Below, one piece after another: positions 48,421-58,968 of a stretch of 64,000 bases of DNA. The stretch is from NCBI GenBank assembly GCA_052032335.1, contig JBPEWV010000145.1, forward strand, positions 6,842 to 70,841, given 5' to 3'. Position numbers and translations under genes: made by a program. The DNA comes from Pleionea sp. GTDB taxonomy: Bacteria; Pseudomonadota; Gammaproteobacteria; Enterobacterales; Kangiellaceae. Every line of letters starts with the position of its first letter. The stretch's first letter is position 1. Under the pieces are notes generated by a model. That model was not told the origin of the DNA, searched no databases, and saw only the letters and a list, made by a program, of their open reading frames with translations.

Positions 48421-49320
48421 TTACTGCTCGGATTGATTGCCTGCGTTGTTGTAAACCCATGCGGCAACAAGGTGCAGTTTTGCATCACCCAGAATTTCCT
48501 GGTGTGCCGGCATGTTGCCCTGTCGACCATTACGAATGGTTCGGGCAATAACTTTTCTGGAACGGCTGTAAAGCCAGTCGTCGTCGGTCAGGTTAGGTGC
48601 TCCCAATTGTTGGTTGCCTTTGCCATCAGCACCGTGACAAGCGACGCAGTTTGCAGCAAATAATTCCTTACCTTTAGCAATCTCTCTTTCTGGTGCAGGG
48701 CGGCCAGACAAAGAGGTCACATAACTGGTGAGGAAAGTTATCTGTTCCTCGTTCAATGTTTGATCGAATGCTGGCATCATTCCGTTTCGCCCATTGATCA
48801 AAGTGGTTTTAATGTCGCTTGGTGTTCCACCGTACAGCCAGACGTCGTCAGTCAAATTGGGGTATCCGGGCGCACCCGCAGCATCACTGCCGTGACAGGC
48901 GGCGCAATAGTTAAGAAAAATTCTTTTTCCCATATCCATTGCTGTTTCGTCGTTGCCAAGCTGTTCAATTGGCGTGCCCAGATATTGCGCAAAAATAGGG
49001 CCGTACTGTGCTTCTGCTTGCGCCACTTCTTCGTCCCAGGCTTTTTCTTGAGTCCAGTCAAAGTAACCATTCCATTTTCCGAGACCGGGATAAAGGATGA
49101 GGTAGCCGATACTGAAAACCAGGGTGATGTAAAACATATTTAACCACCACTTAGGCATTGGGTTATTGTACTCTTCAATACCATCGTATACGTGGCCGGT
49201 GGTTTCTTCACCGTTGTCTTCCATTTTGCGAGTCAGATGCAAAACGACAAAGCTGCCGATGATCATGATGGCAACAATTACGATGATCCACCAACTCCAA
49301 AAATCACTCATTTTTTTCAC
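48421..49320 (-). CDS. ccoP: cbb3 oxidase subunit III (diheme c)
   Basis: TTGHVYDGIEEYNNPMPKWW and two CxxCH motifs (CAACH, CVACH). Confidence 0.97.
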   Translation of the reverse strand: MKKMSDFWSWWIIVIVAIMIIGSFVVLHLTRKMEDNGEETTGHVYDGIEEYNNPMPKWWLNMFYITLVFSIGYLILYPGLGKWNGYFDWTQEKAWDEEVAQAEAQYGPIFAQYLGTPIEQLGNDETAMDMGKRIFLNYCAACHGSDAAGAPGYPNLTDDVWLYGGTPSDIKTTLINGRNGMMPAFDQTLNEEQITFLTSYVTSLSGRPAPEREIAKGKELFAANCVACHGADGKGNQQLGAPNLTDDDWLYSRSRKVIARTIRNGRQGNMPAHQEILGDAKLHLVAAWVYNNAGNQSEQ

Positions 49321-49507
49321 CTTGCGTATTATTGTGTCGAGAACCCTTCATTGAATGATCGACGCCATCATCTTCTTCATTCAACGGCATCTGTGCCGCT
49401 TCATCAAAGCTAGACTTACGCTTTTTCGAATACACCCAAATGACAAGGCCAATAAACAGCACCAGCAAGAGTGCTGTTTCGATACCACGAAATAAATTAA
49501 TGTCCAT
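49304..49507 (-). CDS. ccoQ: cbb3 oxidase subunit CcoQ (start MDINL at 49507)
   Basis: Single TM followed by KRKSSFDEAAQMPL. Confidence 0.9.
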   Translation of the reverse strand: MDINLFRGIETALLLVLFIGLVIWVYSKKRKSSFDEAAQMPLNEEDDGVDHSMKGSRHNNTQGEKNE

Positions 49508-49514
49508 AATCGTC

Positions 49515-50120
49515 TTATTGATTTGCCGCATGTCCGAGGGACTGCAAATAGGCCACGACTGCGTCGAGTTCGGTTTTGCCTTCGACTTCCGATTTAGCAT
49601 TGGCAATTTGCTCATCGGTGTAAGGCACGTCGAACTGCTCTTTAAATATGCGCAGTTTTTTGGCGGTTAGCTCAGCATCGATTAAATTCTCCTGCAGCCA
49701 GGGGAATCCGGGCATGTTGGACTCAGGAACCACGTCTCGTGGATTTATTAAGTGAGCTTCGTGCCAGGCATCGCTGTATCGTCCACCAACCCGCGCCAAA
49801 TCGGGACCGGTACGCTTTGAGCCCCAAAGAAACGGATGTTCCCAAACGTGTTCTCCTGCAACCGAGTAGGGCCCGTAACGCTCGGTCTCTGCCCGAAATG
49901 GGCGAACCATTTGTGAGTGACAAACGTTACAGCCTTCGCGTATATAAACGTCACGCCCTTCCATCTGTAAGGCCGTGTAGGGCTTTAAGCCTTTGACTGG
50001 CTCAGTGGTTTCTTTCAGGAAGAATAATGGAACGATTTCTGCCAGACCGCCAAAACTGATAACGATCAGAGTTAGAATTCCCATCAATCCAATGTTTTTT
50101 TCAATGGTTTCGTGTTTCAT
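49515..50120 (-). CDS. ccoO: cbb3 oxidase subunit II (start MKHET at 50120)
   Basis: [20 protein letters not shown] and [13 protein letters not shown]. Confidence 0.97.
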   Translation of the reverse strand: MKHETIEKNIGLMGILTLIVISFGGLAEIVPLFFLKETTEPVKGLKPYTALQMEGRDVYIREGCNVCHSQMVRPFRAETERYGPYSVAGEHVWEHPFLWGSKRTGPDLARVGGRYSDAWHEAHLINPRDVVPESNMPGFPWLQENLIDAELTAKKLRIFKEQFDVPYTDEQIANAKSEVEGKTELDAVVAYLQSLGHAANQ

Positions 50121-50130
50121 TGTTCTCTCC

Positions 50131-51558
50131 TTAAGCGACTGCGGGTTCAGCGTTAGCGGCAGTACCCGGCTTAGGGGCAAAAATAGTTTTAATCATGTTG
50201 TAAGCCATGATGAACATTCCGCTTAAGAACAGTGAGCCACCTAACAGACGAATCGCGTAATAGGGGTATTTGGCCTCCAGACTTTGTACGAAGGAATAGG
50301 TGAGAGTGCCGTCGTCATTAAACGCACGCCACATCAATCCTTCCATGATGCCAGCAATCCACATCGCAGCGATGTACAAAACGACACCCACAGTGGCAAT
50401 CCAGAAATGCCAGTTAATTAATTTCACACTGTACATTTGGGTTTGGCCAAACATACGAGGCAGCATGTAATACATGGCGCCAATCGAGATAAAGGCAACC
50501 CAACCGAGCGCGCCTGAGTGTACGTGTCCGATGGTCCATTCGGTGTAATGCGACAGTGCGTTAACCGTTTTAATTGCCATCATCGGACCTTCAAAGGTCG
50601 ACATGCCGTAAAAAGAAAGCGACACGATCAGGAACTTCAAAATTGGGTCGGTGCGCAGCTTATGCCAGGCGCCAGAAAGCGTCATGATTCCGTTGATCAT
50701 TCCGCCCCAGGAGGGCGCCAGTAACACCAACGAGAAAATCATTCCAAGAGACTGTGCCCAGTCGGGCAATGCTGTGTAATGCAAATGGTGTGGCCCAGCC
50801 CACATGTAGATTGCAATCAAAGCCCAGAAGTGGACGATGGACAAACGGTACGAATAAACAGGGCGTCCAGCCTGCTTTGGGACATAGTAATACATCATGC
50901 CGAGAAAGCCTGCTGTGAGGAAAAATCCAACCGCGTTATGCCCATACCACCATTGAACCATCGCATCGACGGCGCCCGCGTAGGCAGAGTAAGACTTGGT
51001 CAGGGTTAATGGCACCGCGGCACTATTAACCAGATGCAGGATCGCCACAGTCAAAATAAAAGCGCCGTAGAACCAGTTGGCGACATAAATGTGAGCACTT
51101 TTACGTTTCATAATGGTGCCGAAAAAGACGATGGCGTATGCCACCCAAACCAGAGCAATCAGGATGTCGATGGGCCATTCTAATTCTGCATACTCTTTAC
51201 CTGAGGTGTAACCCAGAGGCAGGGATATAGCGGCTAGAACAATCACCAGTTGCCAGCCCCAAAATACGAAACTGGCGAGAAAATTACTGAATAAGGGGGC
51301 TTGACAGGTGCGCTGTACCACGTAGAGAGAGGTACACATCAAGGCACATCCACCGAAGGCAAAAATTACGGCGTTGGTGTGCAATGGACGTAAACGCGAA
51401 TAGGTGAACCAAGGCGTGTCAAAATTGAGCTCAGGCCATAGCAGTTGAGCAGCAATAATGACGCCTACAGTCATACCGACAATTCCCCAAATTACGGTCA
51501 TAACAGCGAATTGCCGTACCACCGTGTAATTATAGGACGGTGTGCTTGTCTCAGTCAT
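50131..51558 (-). CDS. ccoN: cbb3 oxidase subunit I (likely ATG start at 51558)
   Basis: [30 protein letters not shown] and WTIGHVHSG. Confidence 0.99.
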   Translation of the reverse strand: MTETSTPSYNYTVVRQFAVMTVIWGIVGMTVGVIIAAQLLWPELNFDTPWFTYSRLRPLHTNAVIFAFGGCALMCTSLYVVQRTCQAPLFSNFLASFVFWGWQLVIVLAAISLPLGYTSGKEYAELEWPIDILIALVWVAYAIVFFGTIMKRKSAHIYVANWFYGAFILTVAILHLVNSAAVPLTLTKSYSAYAGAVDAMVQWWYGHNAVGFFLTAGFLGMMYYYVPKQAGRPVYSYRLSIVHFWALIAIYMWAGPHHLHYTALPDWAQSLGMIFSLVLLAPSWGGMINGIMTLSGAWHKLRTDPILKFLIVSLSFYGMSTFEGPMMAIKTVNALSHYTEWTIGHVHSGALGWVAFISIGAMYYMLPRMFGQTQMYSVKLINWHFWIATVGVVLYIAAMWIAGIMEGLMWRAFNDDGTLTYSFVQSLEAKYPYYAIRLLGGSLFLSGMFIMAYNMIKTIFAPKPGTAANAEPAVA

Positions 51559-51629
51559 ATTTGGTTCCAAGTGTATAAATTTAAAGGTTTAACGACGATG
51601 TGATTTTGCCTGCAACAAAATTAGAGAAG

Positions 51630-51643
51630 CTGATTTAGATCAA
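51630..51643. promoter_or_regulatory. FNR/Anr box upstream of ccoN
   Basis: Minus strand TTGAT-CTAA-ATCAG, about 72 bp upstream of the ccoN ATG. Confidence 0.75.
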
Positions 51644-51939
51644 ATCAAGCTAACAAAGTACCCCAAATGAGTCATCCTGCTGCAGAAAATTCGATTTCTA
51701 AGGCTTTGAGATAACATCAGAATCTCAAGCCAATGTTACGTGACGTAATTATATATTAAATTTTTGGTTGCAGCGCATCAAAATAAAAAAAAACGCCATT
51801 TTTTTCCAGTTTTTTCGGTAGTAGGGTGGAATGCTGCCTTCGATTGTTCGGTGTCAATCTTCTGTTTAATTATTGAACTATAATTTTGACTGGGGCAGTA
51901 GTCCCAACAGATCGAACCGTTGAATACCGGAGGTGAATT

Positions 51940-52380
51940 ATGAGTTTAATGAAATATCAGCCTTGGTCGATGTTTGATCAATTGCATAAAGAAGTTAATG
52001 ACCTGTTTGACCGTCGTATTGAAGAGCAGTCCGATCCCTTTTCCCTGAGTCAAAATCAGTGGCACCTCGCAGTAGACATCACCGAAACAGCAACCGCTTT
52101 TACCGTGAAAGCTGACATTCCCGGGGTTAATCCCGATGATATTGAGGTGTCCACTGAGAATGGGCGGCTGGTGATAAAAGGCCAGCGCCATCAGGAAATG
52201 GATGAAAATCAGGACGGTGTGCACCGGGTTGAACGCAGTTACGGCAGCTTTTTCCGTTCGTTTTCATTGCCGGACAATATTGATGTTGATGCAATATCCG
52301 CGAAGTCGGTGCATGGCGTGCTGGAATTGACACTGCCAAAAACCGATAGCTCGACCGCCCGTAAAATTGAGATCGGTTGA
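51940..52380 (+). CDS. Hsp20/alpha-crystallin small heat shock protein
   Basis: VDITE...ADIPGV...RVERSYGSFFRSFSLP...HGVLELTLPK; GGAGG RBS. Confidence 0.95.
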   Translation: MSLMKYQPWSMFDQLHKEVNDLFDRRIEEQSDPFSLSQNQWHLAVDITETATAFTVKADIPGVNPDDIEVSTENGRLVIKGQRHQEMDENQDGVHRVERSYGSFFRSFSLPDNIDVDAISAKSVHGVLELTLPKTDSSTARKIEIG

Positions 52381-52425
52381 TGATTTAATGTCGCTTCAGT
52401 GTCGAGAACATCAAGGGAGGTGAAA

Positions 52426-52905
52426 ATGTCTTATCTAGAAGAGTTCAGTCAAAGTTTGAAAAAAGCCGCACATACAGTACAACAAGGGTGGCATCAGTTG
52501 GTGAATTCGGCGTCCAATGCCATAACACATTTTAAACAGAGTCCGGAACAGCAAAAGCTCAATCAAGGTGTTCCGTGGGGTGTTCTGTCATGCGAATTGG
52601 TCGATGAGCCAGAAGCAATCAGCCTGACCATGGAAATTCCCGGAGTAAAAGAAGACGACCTGGAAATAGAAGTTAATGGCCAGCTACTGACGGTACGAGG
52701 TCAAAGGCATTATCAACGTGAATCTCGTGATAAAAATTTCTTGCTACAAGAACGGGCGTTTGGGTCGTTTTCGCGTCAATTCATGTTACCCGAAAAGGTC
52801 AACACCGACCAGGCAAAAGCCACTTACAAAGCCGGTGTGTTAAATGTGATGATTCCCAAGTCAAATCAGACGGAAAATGTGCGAAGAATTGTGGTATCTC
52901 ATTGA
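52426..52905 (+). CDS. Second Hsp20 family protein (ATG at 52426 after GGAGG)
   Basis: EIPGV...ERAFGSFSRQFMLP...AKATYKAGVLNVMIPK. Confidence 0.9.
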   Translation: MSYLEEFSQSLKKAAHTVQQGWHQLVNSASNAITHFKQSPEQQKLNQGVPWGVLSCELVDEPEAISLTMEIPGVKEDDLEIEVNGQLLTVRGQRHYQRESRDKNFLLQERAFGSFSRQFMLPEKVNTDQAKATYKAGVLNVMIPKSNQTENVRRIVVSH

Positions 52906-53036
52906 GTCATTTATGCGGGGACTTCCCCGCATTTTTATATTTTCCCGGATAGTTGCAAATTGACACTCATTTAGGCATTGTTGAGCCCATCTTGTAATGG
53001 CTACGAAGGCGTTTTTAAAGCGCGATGGGCGGAGCA

Positions 53037-54176
53037 ATGTTCGAAAGTAAATTACCCGATGTGGGCACAACGATTTTTACCACTATGTCGCAATTGGCGG
53101 CTGAACATAATGCGATCAACCTGTCGCAGGGTTTTCCGGATTTTGATGGGCATAACTATCTGCGACAGCGCGTTGCCCATTATATTAATCAAGGCTTGAA
53201 TCAGTACGCTCCAATGAGCGGGCTTCCTGCACTGCGCGAGCAAATTGCCGCGAAAACTCAACATTGTTATGGGCGCCGGGTTGATCCCGATTCTGAAGTC
53301 ACAGTGACCAGCGGCGCGACAGAAGCCTTGTTTGCAGCTATTCATGCGGTAGTGCGAGCGGGCGATGAAGTGATCGTATTTGATCCTGCTTACGACAGTT
53401 ACGATCCTGCTGTTCAGCTAGCAGGTGGCGTACCAATTCATTTGCCACTCAATCATGCGTTTTCGATCGATGTTGAAGAGCTGGAACAAGCAATCAATTC
53501 GAAGACACGATTGATCATTATCAACAGTCCGCACAATCCGAGTGGCGCTGCACTATCGGAAGATACCTTACGACAAATCGAACAATGCGCTGAGAAGCAC
53601 GATTTGTATTTAATCAGTGATGAAGTCTACGAACATATTATTTTTGATGATGAGTTGCATCAAAGCGTTAATCGTTTCGAATCATTGGCCAGCCGAAGTT
53701 TCATCGTCAGTTCTTTCGGTAAAACCTTTCACACGACGGGTTGGAAGGTAGGCTATTGTGTCGCACCGGCCAATCTGACGACTGAGTTCAGAAAAGTACA
53801 TCAGTATTTAACGTTTTGTACCGTGACGCCTATTCAAGCCGCTTTGGCCGACATGTTGGAAAAACATCCGGAACAATGGCAACAGTTATCCTCATTTTAT
53901 CAGGGCAAACGTGACCATCTTCGTACTCAACTGACGGACTCAAGGTTTAAGTTGTTGCCTTGTCAGGGAACCTATTTTCAGTTAGTGGACTTCTCCGAAA
54001 TCAGTGACAAGAGTGAAGTGGAGTTTGCGCATTGGATGACGACGGAAGTTGGCGTTGCCAGCGTACCGATTTCGGTGTTTTACCAGCCGCAAAAAGAACA
54101 ACACCTGGTGCGGTTATGCTTTGCCAAAAACGAATCCACATTAACAGAGGCTGCCAAAAAGCTATGTCAACTTTAG
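53037..54176 (+). CDS. ybdL: PLP-dependent methionine/aromatic aminotransferase (YbdL-like)
   Basis: SKLPDVGTTIFT, INLSQGFPDF, NSPHNP, SDEVYEH, SSFGKTFHTTGWK and RLCFAK. Confidence 0.9.
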   Translation: MFESKLPDVGTTIFTTMSQLAAEHNAINLSQGFPDFDGHNYLRQRVAHYINQGLNQYAPMSGLPALREQIAAKTQHCYGRRVDPDSEVTVTSGATEALFAAIHAVVRAGDEVIVFDPAYDSYDPAVQLAGGVPIHLPLNHAFSIDVEELEQAINSKTRLIIINSPHNPSGAALSEDTLRQIEQCAEKHDLYLISDEVYEHIIFDDELHQSVNRFESLASRSFIVSSFGKTFHTTGWKVGYCVAPANLTTEFRKVHQYLTFCTVTPIQAALADMLEKHPEQWQQLSSFYQGKRDHLRTQLTDSRFKLLPCQGTYFQLVDFSEISDKSEVEFAHWMTTEVGVASVPISVFYQPQKEQHLVRLCFAKNESTLTEAAKKLCQL

Positions 54177-54943
54177 ATTCATTTGAAGTCGCTTGTGTTC
54201 AATACGCACCAAAATGGCAACAGCCCGATGAAAACCGGCAGTGGCTAGCTGAGCAATTTCGTGACTTAAAACCGGTCGACTTGATCGTTTTACCAGAAAT
54301 GTTCGCGTCTGGGTTCAGTTTAACCGAAGAATGTATCGAGCCGACAGACGGTGAAACGCTGCAATGGATGAAATCACAGGCGATGGCCCTCAATGCTGTA
54401 TTGTGTGGCAGTGTCAAGGTTCGAGAAAAGGATCAGGTATTCAATCGATTGTATTGGGTACAACCGGACGGCGACCAGCACCATTACGACAAAGTTCACA
54501 TGTTTGGCAAAGAAGACACCTTGATTTCTTCGGGTAAAACGCGTCGTTTTGTGAATTACAAAGGGCTACGCTTTATGTTGCAGACCTGTTACGACTTGCG
54601 GTTTCCTGTGTTCAGCCGTAACGACATCGACTATGACGTATTGATTAATATTGCGTCCTGGCCGAAACCTCGCATACACCATTGGAACGCGTTACTGAAA
54701 GCTCGAGCCATAGAAAATTTGAGTTATGTCATCGGTGTTAATCGTGTTGGTGACGACGGTAATAACTGGCAGTACGTCGGTGAGTCTCAAGTCATTGCCC
54801 CTGATGGTGAAGTCATCGAAAGAGCCGATTACGATTTAACTCAAATTTTTTACGCCTCCCTCAGTCGTACTCGGCTGCAAGAATTAAGAAAACAATTTCC
54901 GTTTCTGCAAGACAGGGACGCCTTTCGACTTGAAATAAAATAG
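54164..54943 (+). CDS. Omega-amidase (YafV/Nit2-like carbon-nitrogen hydrolase); start MSTLD at 54164
   Basis: LPEMF, YDKVHMF and TCYDLRFPVFSR catalytic triad; SWP..RI.HW..LL.ARAIEN. Overlaps the ybdL stop. Confidence 0.9.
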   Translation: MSTLDSFEVACVQYAPKWQQPDENRQWLAEQFRDLKPVDLIVLPEMFASGFSLTEECIEPTDGETLQWMKSQAMALNAVLCGSVKVREKDQVFNRLYWVQPDGDQHHYDKVHMFGKEDTLISSGKTRRFVNYKGLRFMLQTCYDLRFPVFSRNDIDYDVLINIASWPKPRIHHWNALLKARAIENLSYVIGVNRVGDDGNNWQYVGESQVIAPDGEVIERADYDLTQIFYASLSRTRLQELRKQFPFLQDRDAFRLEIK

Positions 54944-55086
54944 CTCTTACGGTCATCATGGCATTGTCTGATGCACCGATTGCTCCATTCGCAAACTTTT
55001 AGCGTATACAGGATTTATGCGCTGACATTGGGTTTATCTTTGTCAGCAGTTCACACGAGTTTGTATGCAGTTTATTGGAGACGTCG

Positions 55087-55488
55087 ATGGCATCTGTTGA
55101 AACATTACAACGCTCGAAGTTCGATTTCCAGTTAGGGGCGGCGACCATTCGAATCGATAACCTACGTTTGCGGACCTTTATCGGTTTTAATCCAGAGGAG
55201 CTGATTAAACCGCAAGACGTGGTCATTAACGCAGCGATAAAGTTTGACGCCACTCAGCCTGCTCAGTCGGACGATGAAAACGAGACGCTCGATTACAAAG
55301 TCATCACTAAAAAAATCATTCACCATGTGGAGTCTGGGCGTTTTCGATTGCTGGAGAAACTCAACGCCGACATTTTAAGCATTGTCATGCGTTACGAAGC
55401 TGTCATCGAAGCCGAAGTGCGTGTCGACAAGCCGCACGCGCTGAGATTTTCCGATTCCGTTTCGGTGACCTTGGCAGCGACGCGATGA
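55087..55488 (+). CDS. folX: Dihydroneopterin triphosphate 2'-epimerase
   Basis: ATIRIDNLRLRTFIG...QDVVIN...LDYKVITK...LLEKL...VDKPHALRFSDSVSV. Confidence 0.92.
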   Translation: MASVETLQRSKFDFQLGAATIRIDNLRLRTFIGFNPEELIKPQDVVINAAIKFDATQPAQSDDENETLDYKVITKKIIHHVESGRFRLLEKLNADILSIVMRYEAVIEAEVRVDKPHALRFSDSVSVTLAATR

Positions 55489-56225
55489 AAAAGGACAATC
55501 GGATGATTTCGTCAGCGATTGTTATTACAGGCGGAGCGCAACGACTTGGTCTGCGAGCTGCTTTAGCACTGCACTCTCTCGAGCATCCAGTAATTGTAAC
55601 CTACCGTCATCGTCACGACAGTGTCGATAAGCTCGAAGCGAAGGGCGTGCGTTGTATCCATAGTGATTTTTCACAACCCCACGCGCTTGAAGGTTTGATT
55701 CATTACTTGCGGGCGGAATGCAAGTCAATTCGTGCTTTGGTGCACAACGCCTCCGAATGGTTGTCTGAGCAAAACCACGATGATCGTGAAGCGGTGTTTG
55801 AAAAGTCAATGAATATTCACGCTAAAGTGCCTTATCTTTTAAATTTGGGATTGCAACAGTTGTTATTAAAAGATGCAACCGATGCCGGTCCATCCGACAT
55901 TATTCATTTGACCGATTACGTGGTCGAACGAGGCAGTAAAAAGCACATTGCTTACGCGGCCAGCAAGGCTGCTCTAAATAATTTGACGTTGTCGTTTGCT
56001 GCCAAGTTCGCTCCCTTGATAAAAGTCAACGCAATTGCTCCCGCCATGTTGATGTTTAACCAAGATGACAGTGAATCGTATCGCAAACAGGTGCAAGAAA
56101 AAGCGTTATTAAAAGTGGCTCCTGGGGCCGACGAAGGCGTGAGAGCGATACAGTATCTTCTGGAAAGTAAATACATAACGGGGCGCACATTAAGTTTGGA
56201 CGGTGGTCGTCCTCTGGTCAGTTAA
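55485..56225 (+). CDS. folM: Dihydromonapterin reductase (SDR)
   Basis: TGGAQRLG, VHNAS, YAASK, VNAIAP and LDGGR; adjacent to folX. Confidence 0.9.
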   Translation: MKKDNRMISSAIVITGGAQRLGLRAALALHSLEHPVIVTYRHRHDSVDKLEAKGVRCIHSDFSQPHALEGLIHYLRAECKSIRALVHNASEWLSEQNHDDREAVFEKSMNIHAKVPYLLNLGLQQLLLKDATDAGPSDIIHLTDYVVERGSKKHIAYAASKAALNNLTLSFAAKFAPLIKVNAIAPAMLMFNQDDSESYRKQVQEKALLKVAPGADEGVRAIQYLLESKYITGRTLSLDGGRPLVS

Positions 56226-56240
56226 TTTTTAAAACAGGTT

Positions 56241-56939
56241 TTGGTGGAGAGCATGTCAACTCAGTTTAATACTCAGGTAAATCAGGATAATGAAGACAAT
56301 GCTATTGCGTTCGAAGCAATGCGGGTGCGCGATGCCCTGATCAAACACGGCTTGGAAACGCCTCTGGTTGCCAATCCGATGGATAATGATGCCAAGTACC
56401 AGTCCATTAAGCAGTCAATGAGTGACATCATGGTGGCGTTGGGTTTGGATTTGAACGATGACAGTTTGAATGAAACGCCACACCGTATTGCCAAGATGTA
56501 CGTCAAAGAAATTTTTTGTGGGCTGGACTACCGAAATTTTCCGCGCATTACAGTGATCGAAAACAAAATGAACGTTGAAGAGATGGTTAAAGTGTCTGAC
56601 ATCAGTTTGACCAGTACCTGTGAACACCATTTCGTTACCATAGATGGTGTCGCTAAGGTCGCATACATTCCAAACGAGAAAATTATTGGACTATCCAAGA
56701 TTAACCGCATCGTTCGGTTTTTCGCCCAGCGACCTCAGGTGCAAGAGCGAATGACGCAGCAGATCTTAATTGCACTTAAAGTGTTATTGGAGACGGAAGA
56801 CGTTGCTGTCTCGATCAGCGCAACTCATTACTGCGTTAAAGCTCGTGGTGTAATGGACGCCAATTCAAAAACCGAAACAACGGCACTGGGCGGCTGTTTC
56901 AAGGACAGCCACAAAACGCGAGCAGAGTTTTTAAGATAA
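56241..56939 (+). CDS. folE: GTP cyclohydrolase I (likely ATG start at about 56274)
   Basis: [29 protein letters not shown] and HYCVKARG. Confidence 0.97.
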   Translation: MVESMSTQFNTQVNQDNEDNAIAFEAMRVRDALIKHGLETPLVANPMDNDAKYQSIKQSMSDIMVALGLDLNDDSLNETPHRIAKMYVKEIFCGLDYRNFPRITVIENKMNVEEMVKVSDISLTSTCEHHFVTIDGVAKVAYIPNEKIIGLSKINRIVRFFAQRPQVQERMTQQILIALKVLLETEDVAVSISATHYCVKARGVMDANSKTETTALGGCFKDSHKTRAEFLR

Positions 56940-56965
56940 AAACAGGGTGACAAAAAGCCGTTTGA

Positions 56966-57928
56966 CTAGTGGGTTTCGAGAGCGCTGAAGTCACCGGGCT
57001 TGACAGCGACAACATCGCAGCTTAAATCTTCGAGCAGTCTTTCTGCGGTGCTGCCCAGTAAGCCCGATCGGTAAGTGGTTCCGACAACGATTAAGGCCGC
57101 GTTTGACTTTTCCGCCTCCGTTTCTAACGCTTCCTCTGGGAATCCTTCCAGGAGTGCAACCTCATTGTCAGACAACTGATGTCGATCTTTGAGAACCTCT
57201 AGCTGAGACTGGTGTTCTTGACGTATTTTATTCATCAAGGCCTGATGATCGTCGGGCGTATCGATGACAACAAATTGCCCCATCACTCCAGTAGAGGCCG
57301 TACTGTTCATAACGACTTCCCAGCCGGTAGGGTCGAAAACATGACACACCTTTAACGGCAGGTTTAAGTAAGTGCTCAACTCTTTGGCTTGTTGAATGAT
57401 AATATCGTCTAAATGACTCTCCTGGCTCAGTTGATGCGAAGGATCGACTGCAGCCATTACACAGCTCGCGTCGGACCAGTGTTTGCCTTTGGTTAAAAGC
57501 AGAGGTTGCTCGCACGATTTGAGAAGTTGATAATCACTGGGTGTGAAAAATATTTGCTTAAGTCGGCTGTGTTCGGCGGCTTGTTTTATCACCAGATCAA
57601 CATTCAACTTTTCGGCAGCGTTCATAATGGCCTCGTAATAGGGCTTATGCCACTCAACCAGAGTCGAATATTTGATGTTGTCGTGTTGAAATTCTTTTTG
57701 CAGTGTCTCAAGCCGAGATTGATGAGTCTTTTTGATCTGTTTGATGGCTTGTTCCAGACTTTCCGGGTGCAGAATCAAATTAGACGCAATGCTTGCATGA
57801 TAGTCGCAAATGTATAAAGTCACTTCCAGCGCTGTGTGGTCGGCGAGTTGCTGTATTTTACTCAAATGCCGATTATCGTCTTGCTCTGGATTAACGTTTA
57901 CCAGAATTTTTAAACTATCCATTTTCAT
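56966..57928 (-). CDS. Universal stress protein, tandem-domain UspE-like
   Basis: DLVIK, FFTPSDYQLL, MAAVDP and IVVGT...LLGSTAERLL..LSCDVVAVKP. Confidence 0.88.
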   Translation of the reverse strand: MKMDSLKILVNVNPEQDDNRHLSKIQQLADHTALEVTLYICDYHASIASNLILHPESLEQAIKQIKKTHQSRLETLQKEFQHDNIKYSTLVEWHKPYYEAIMNAAEKLNVDLVIKQAAEHSRLKQIFFTPSDYQLLKSCEQPLLLTKGKHWSDASCVMAAVDPSHQLSQESHLDDIIIQQAKELSTYLNLPLKVCHVFDPTGWEVVMNSTASTGVMGQFVVIDTPDDHQALMNKIRQEHQSQLEVLKDRHQLSDNEVALLEGFPEEALETEAEKSNAALIVVGTTYRSGLLGSTAERLLEDLSCDVVAVKPGDFSALETH

Positions 57929-57973
57929 GGCTCCTTAAATGACTCATGTTAATACCTTTATTATCAGCTTAGC

Positions 57974-58891
57974 TTAAACCTCAAAATTTTCAGGTTTCAG
58001 CGCCAAAACTTCGCCTTTCAGACGTGCTAATACACGCTCGGCGGTATTGCCCATGAAAGCCGCGGTTAGTCCTGTTCTACCGACCGTTCCCATAACCACC
58101 AATTGGGCCTGAATGCGTTCTGCGGTCAGAGGTATTTTTTCCTCGGGAAGGCCTTCAATATTGTGAATGTGCCGATCATTAAAGGGGTGTTCGGCGATAA
58201 GTTTTTGCATCGACTTAAAATGAAACTGGTTGACTTTGTCTTTCAGTCCTTTTAAATCAATTCGGGGAAAATCTTTGGGTATTTCCAGTTCGGGACTGAC
58301 GTGTGTGTTCACCAAATGCGCTTCGACATTGAGCAGCTCGGCAAGAAAAAGAGAATACTGTAGAATAACGGTATTCAGTTTTTGATGCTCCGAGCATTCT
58401 GTCGTAGGGCAAACAGCACCCAGTATGGCATTGCCCGGGTGCCACTTTTCATCGCGAACCAATAAGAGTGGCGAATGACAGAATCGTAATAAGTGCCAGT
58501 CGGTCGGCATAACGAATGGGTTTTCTGAACTGGCATCGCTGGAGATTCTTTTAACGGTTAAATCTATCGGATTGTCCTGGGTAAACTCAACCACCGCCTG
58601 CGCCGTTTTTTTATGCCATACCACGATACTTTTAATGGTGACACTTTTGGCTGCGAAAGACTGCGCGATTTTTTTGAGATAGGATTCTCGATTATCAATG
58701 TATTGCTGGCGCAGTGTGTTTCTGTGATCTTTGGCAAAAACCGTGGTTAATTCCAGAGCGGGTTCATAAATGGCGCTGAACAATGTGATGGTAATCGGGC
58801 CATTTCGAGCAAATAACAAGGCTCGTTCAAGTGCTGGTTGAACCGGCTTTTCTCGTGTGATGACGACCAATATCTGTTGCGGTTTTTTCAT
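57974..58891 (-). CDS. uspE: Universal stress protein UspE-like (second paralogue)
   Basis: QPALERAL, MPTDWHLLR and VVMGTVGRTGL...MGNTAE.VL..L..EVLALKP. Confidence 0.88.
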   Translation of the reverse strand: MKKPQQILVVITREKPVQPALERALLFARNGPITITLFSAIYEPALELTTVFAKDHRNTLRQQYIDNRESYLKKIAQSFAAKSVTIKSIVVWHKKTAQAVVEFTQDNPIDLTVKRISSDASSENPFVMPTDWHLLRFCHSPLLLVRDEKWHPGNAILGAVCPTTECSEHQKLNTVILQYSLFLAELLNVEAHLVNTHVSPELEIPKDFPRIDLKGLKDKVNQFHFKSMQKLIAEHPFNDRHIHNIEGLPEEKIPLTAERIQAQLVVMGTVGRTGLTAAFMGNTAERVLARLKGEVLALKPENFEV

Positions 58892-58968
58892 AATCCCGTC
58901 CCCATCCTATATTGTGGAAAATGGGTAATGCAATGATTATCAGTATGCCACCGACTTAGTTGCCGGTA

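Noticed and set aside
51860-51939. sigma32 promoter or ROSE element upstream of Hsp20
   Set aside because: The TTGAA/CCCAAC spacing does not fit, and there is no U(U/C)GCU opposite the SD.
54032-54163. Extended N-terminus of the omega-amidase; similarly long ORF-track starts for ccoO, ccoQ, pdxH and the large amidohydrolase
   Set aside because: They overlap neighbouring genes or lack an RBS. Downstream ATGs, generally with a plausible RBS, match typical family lengths.
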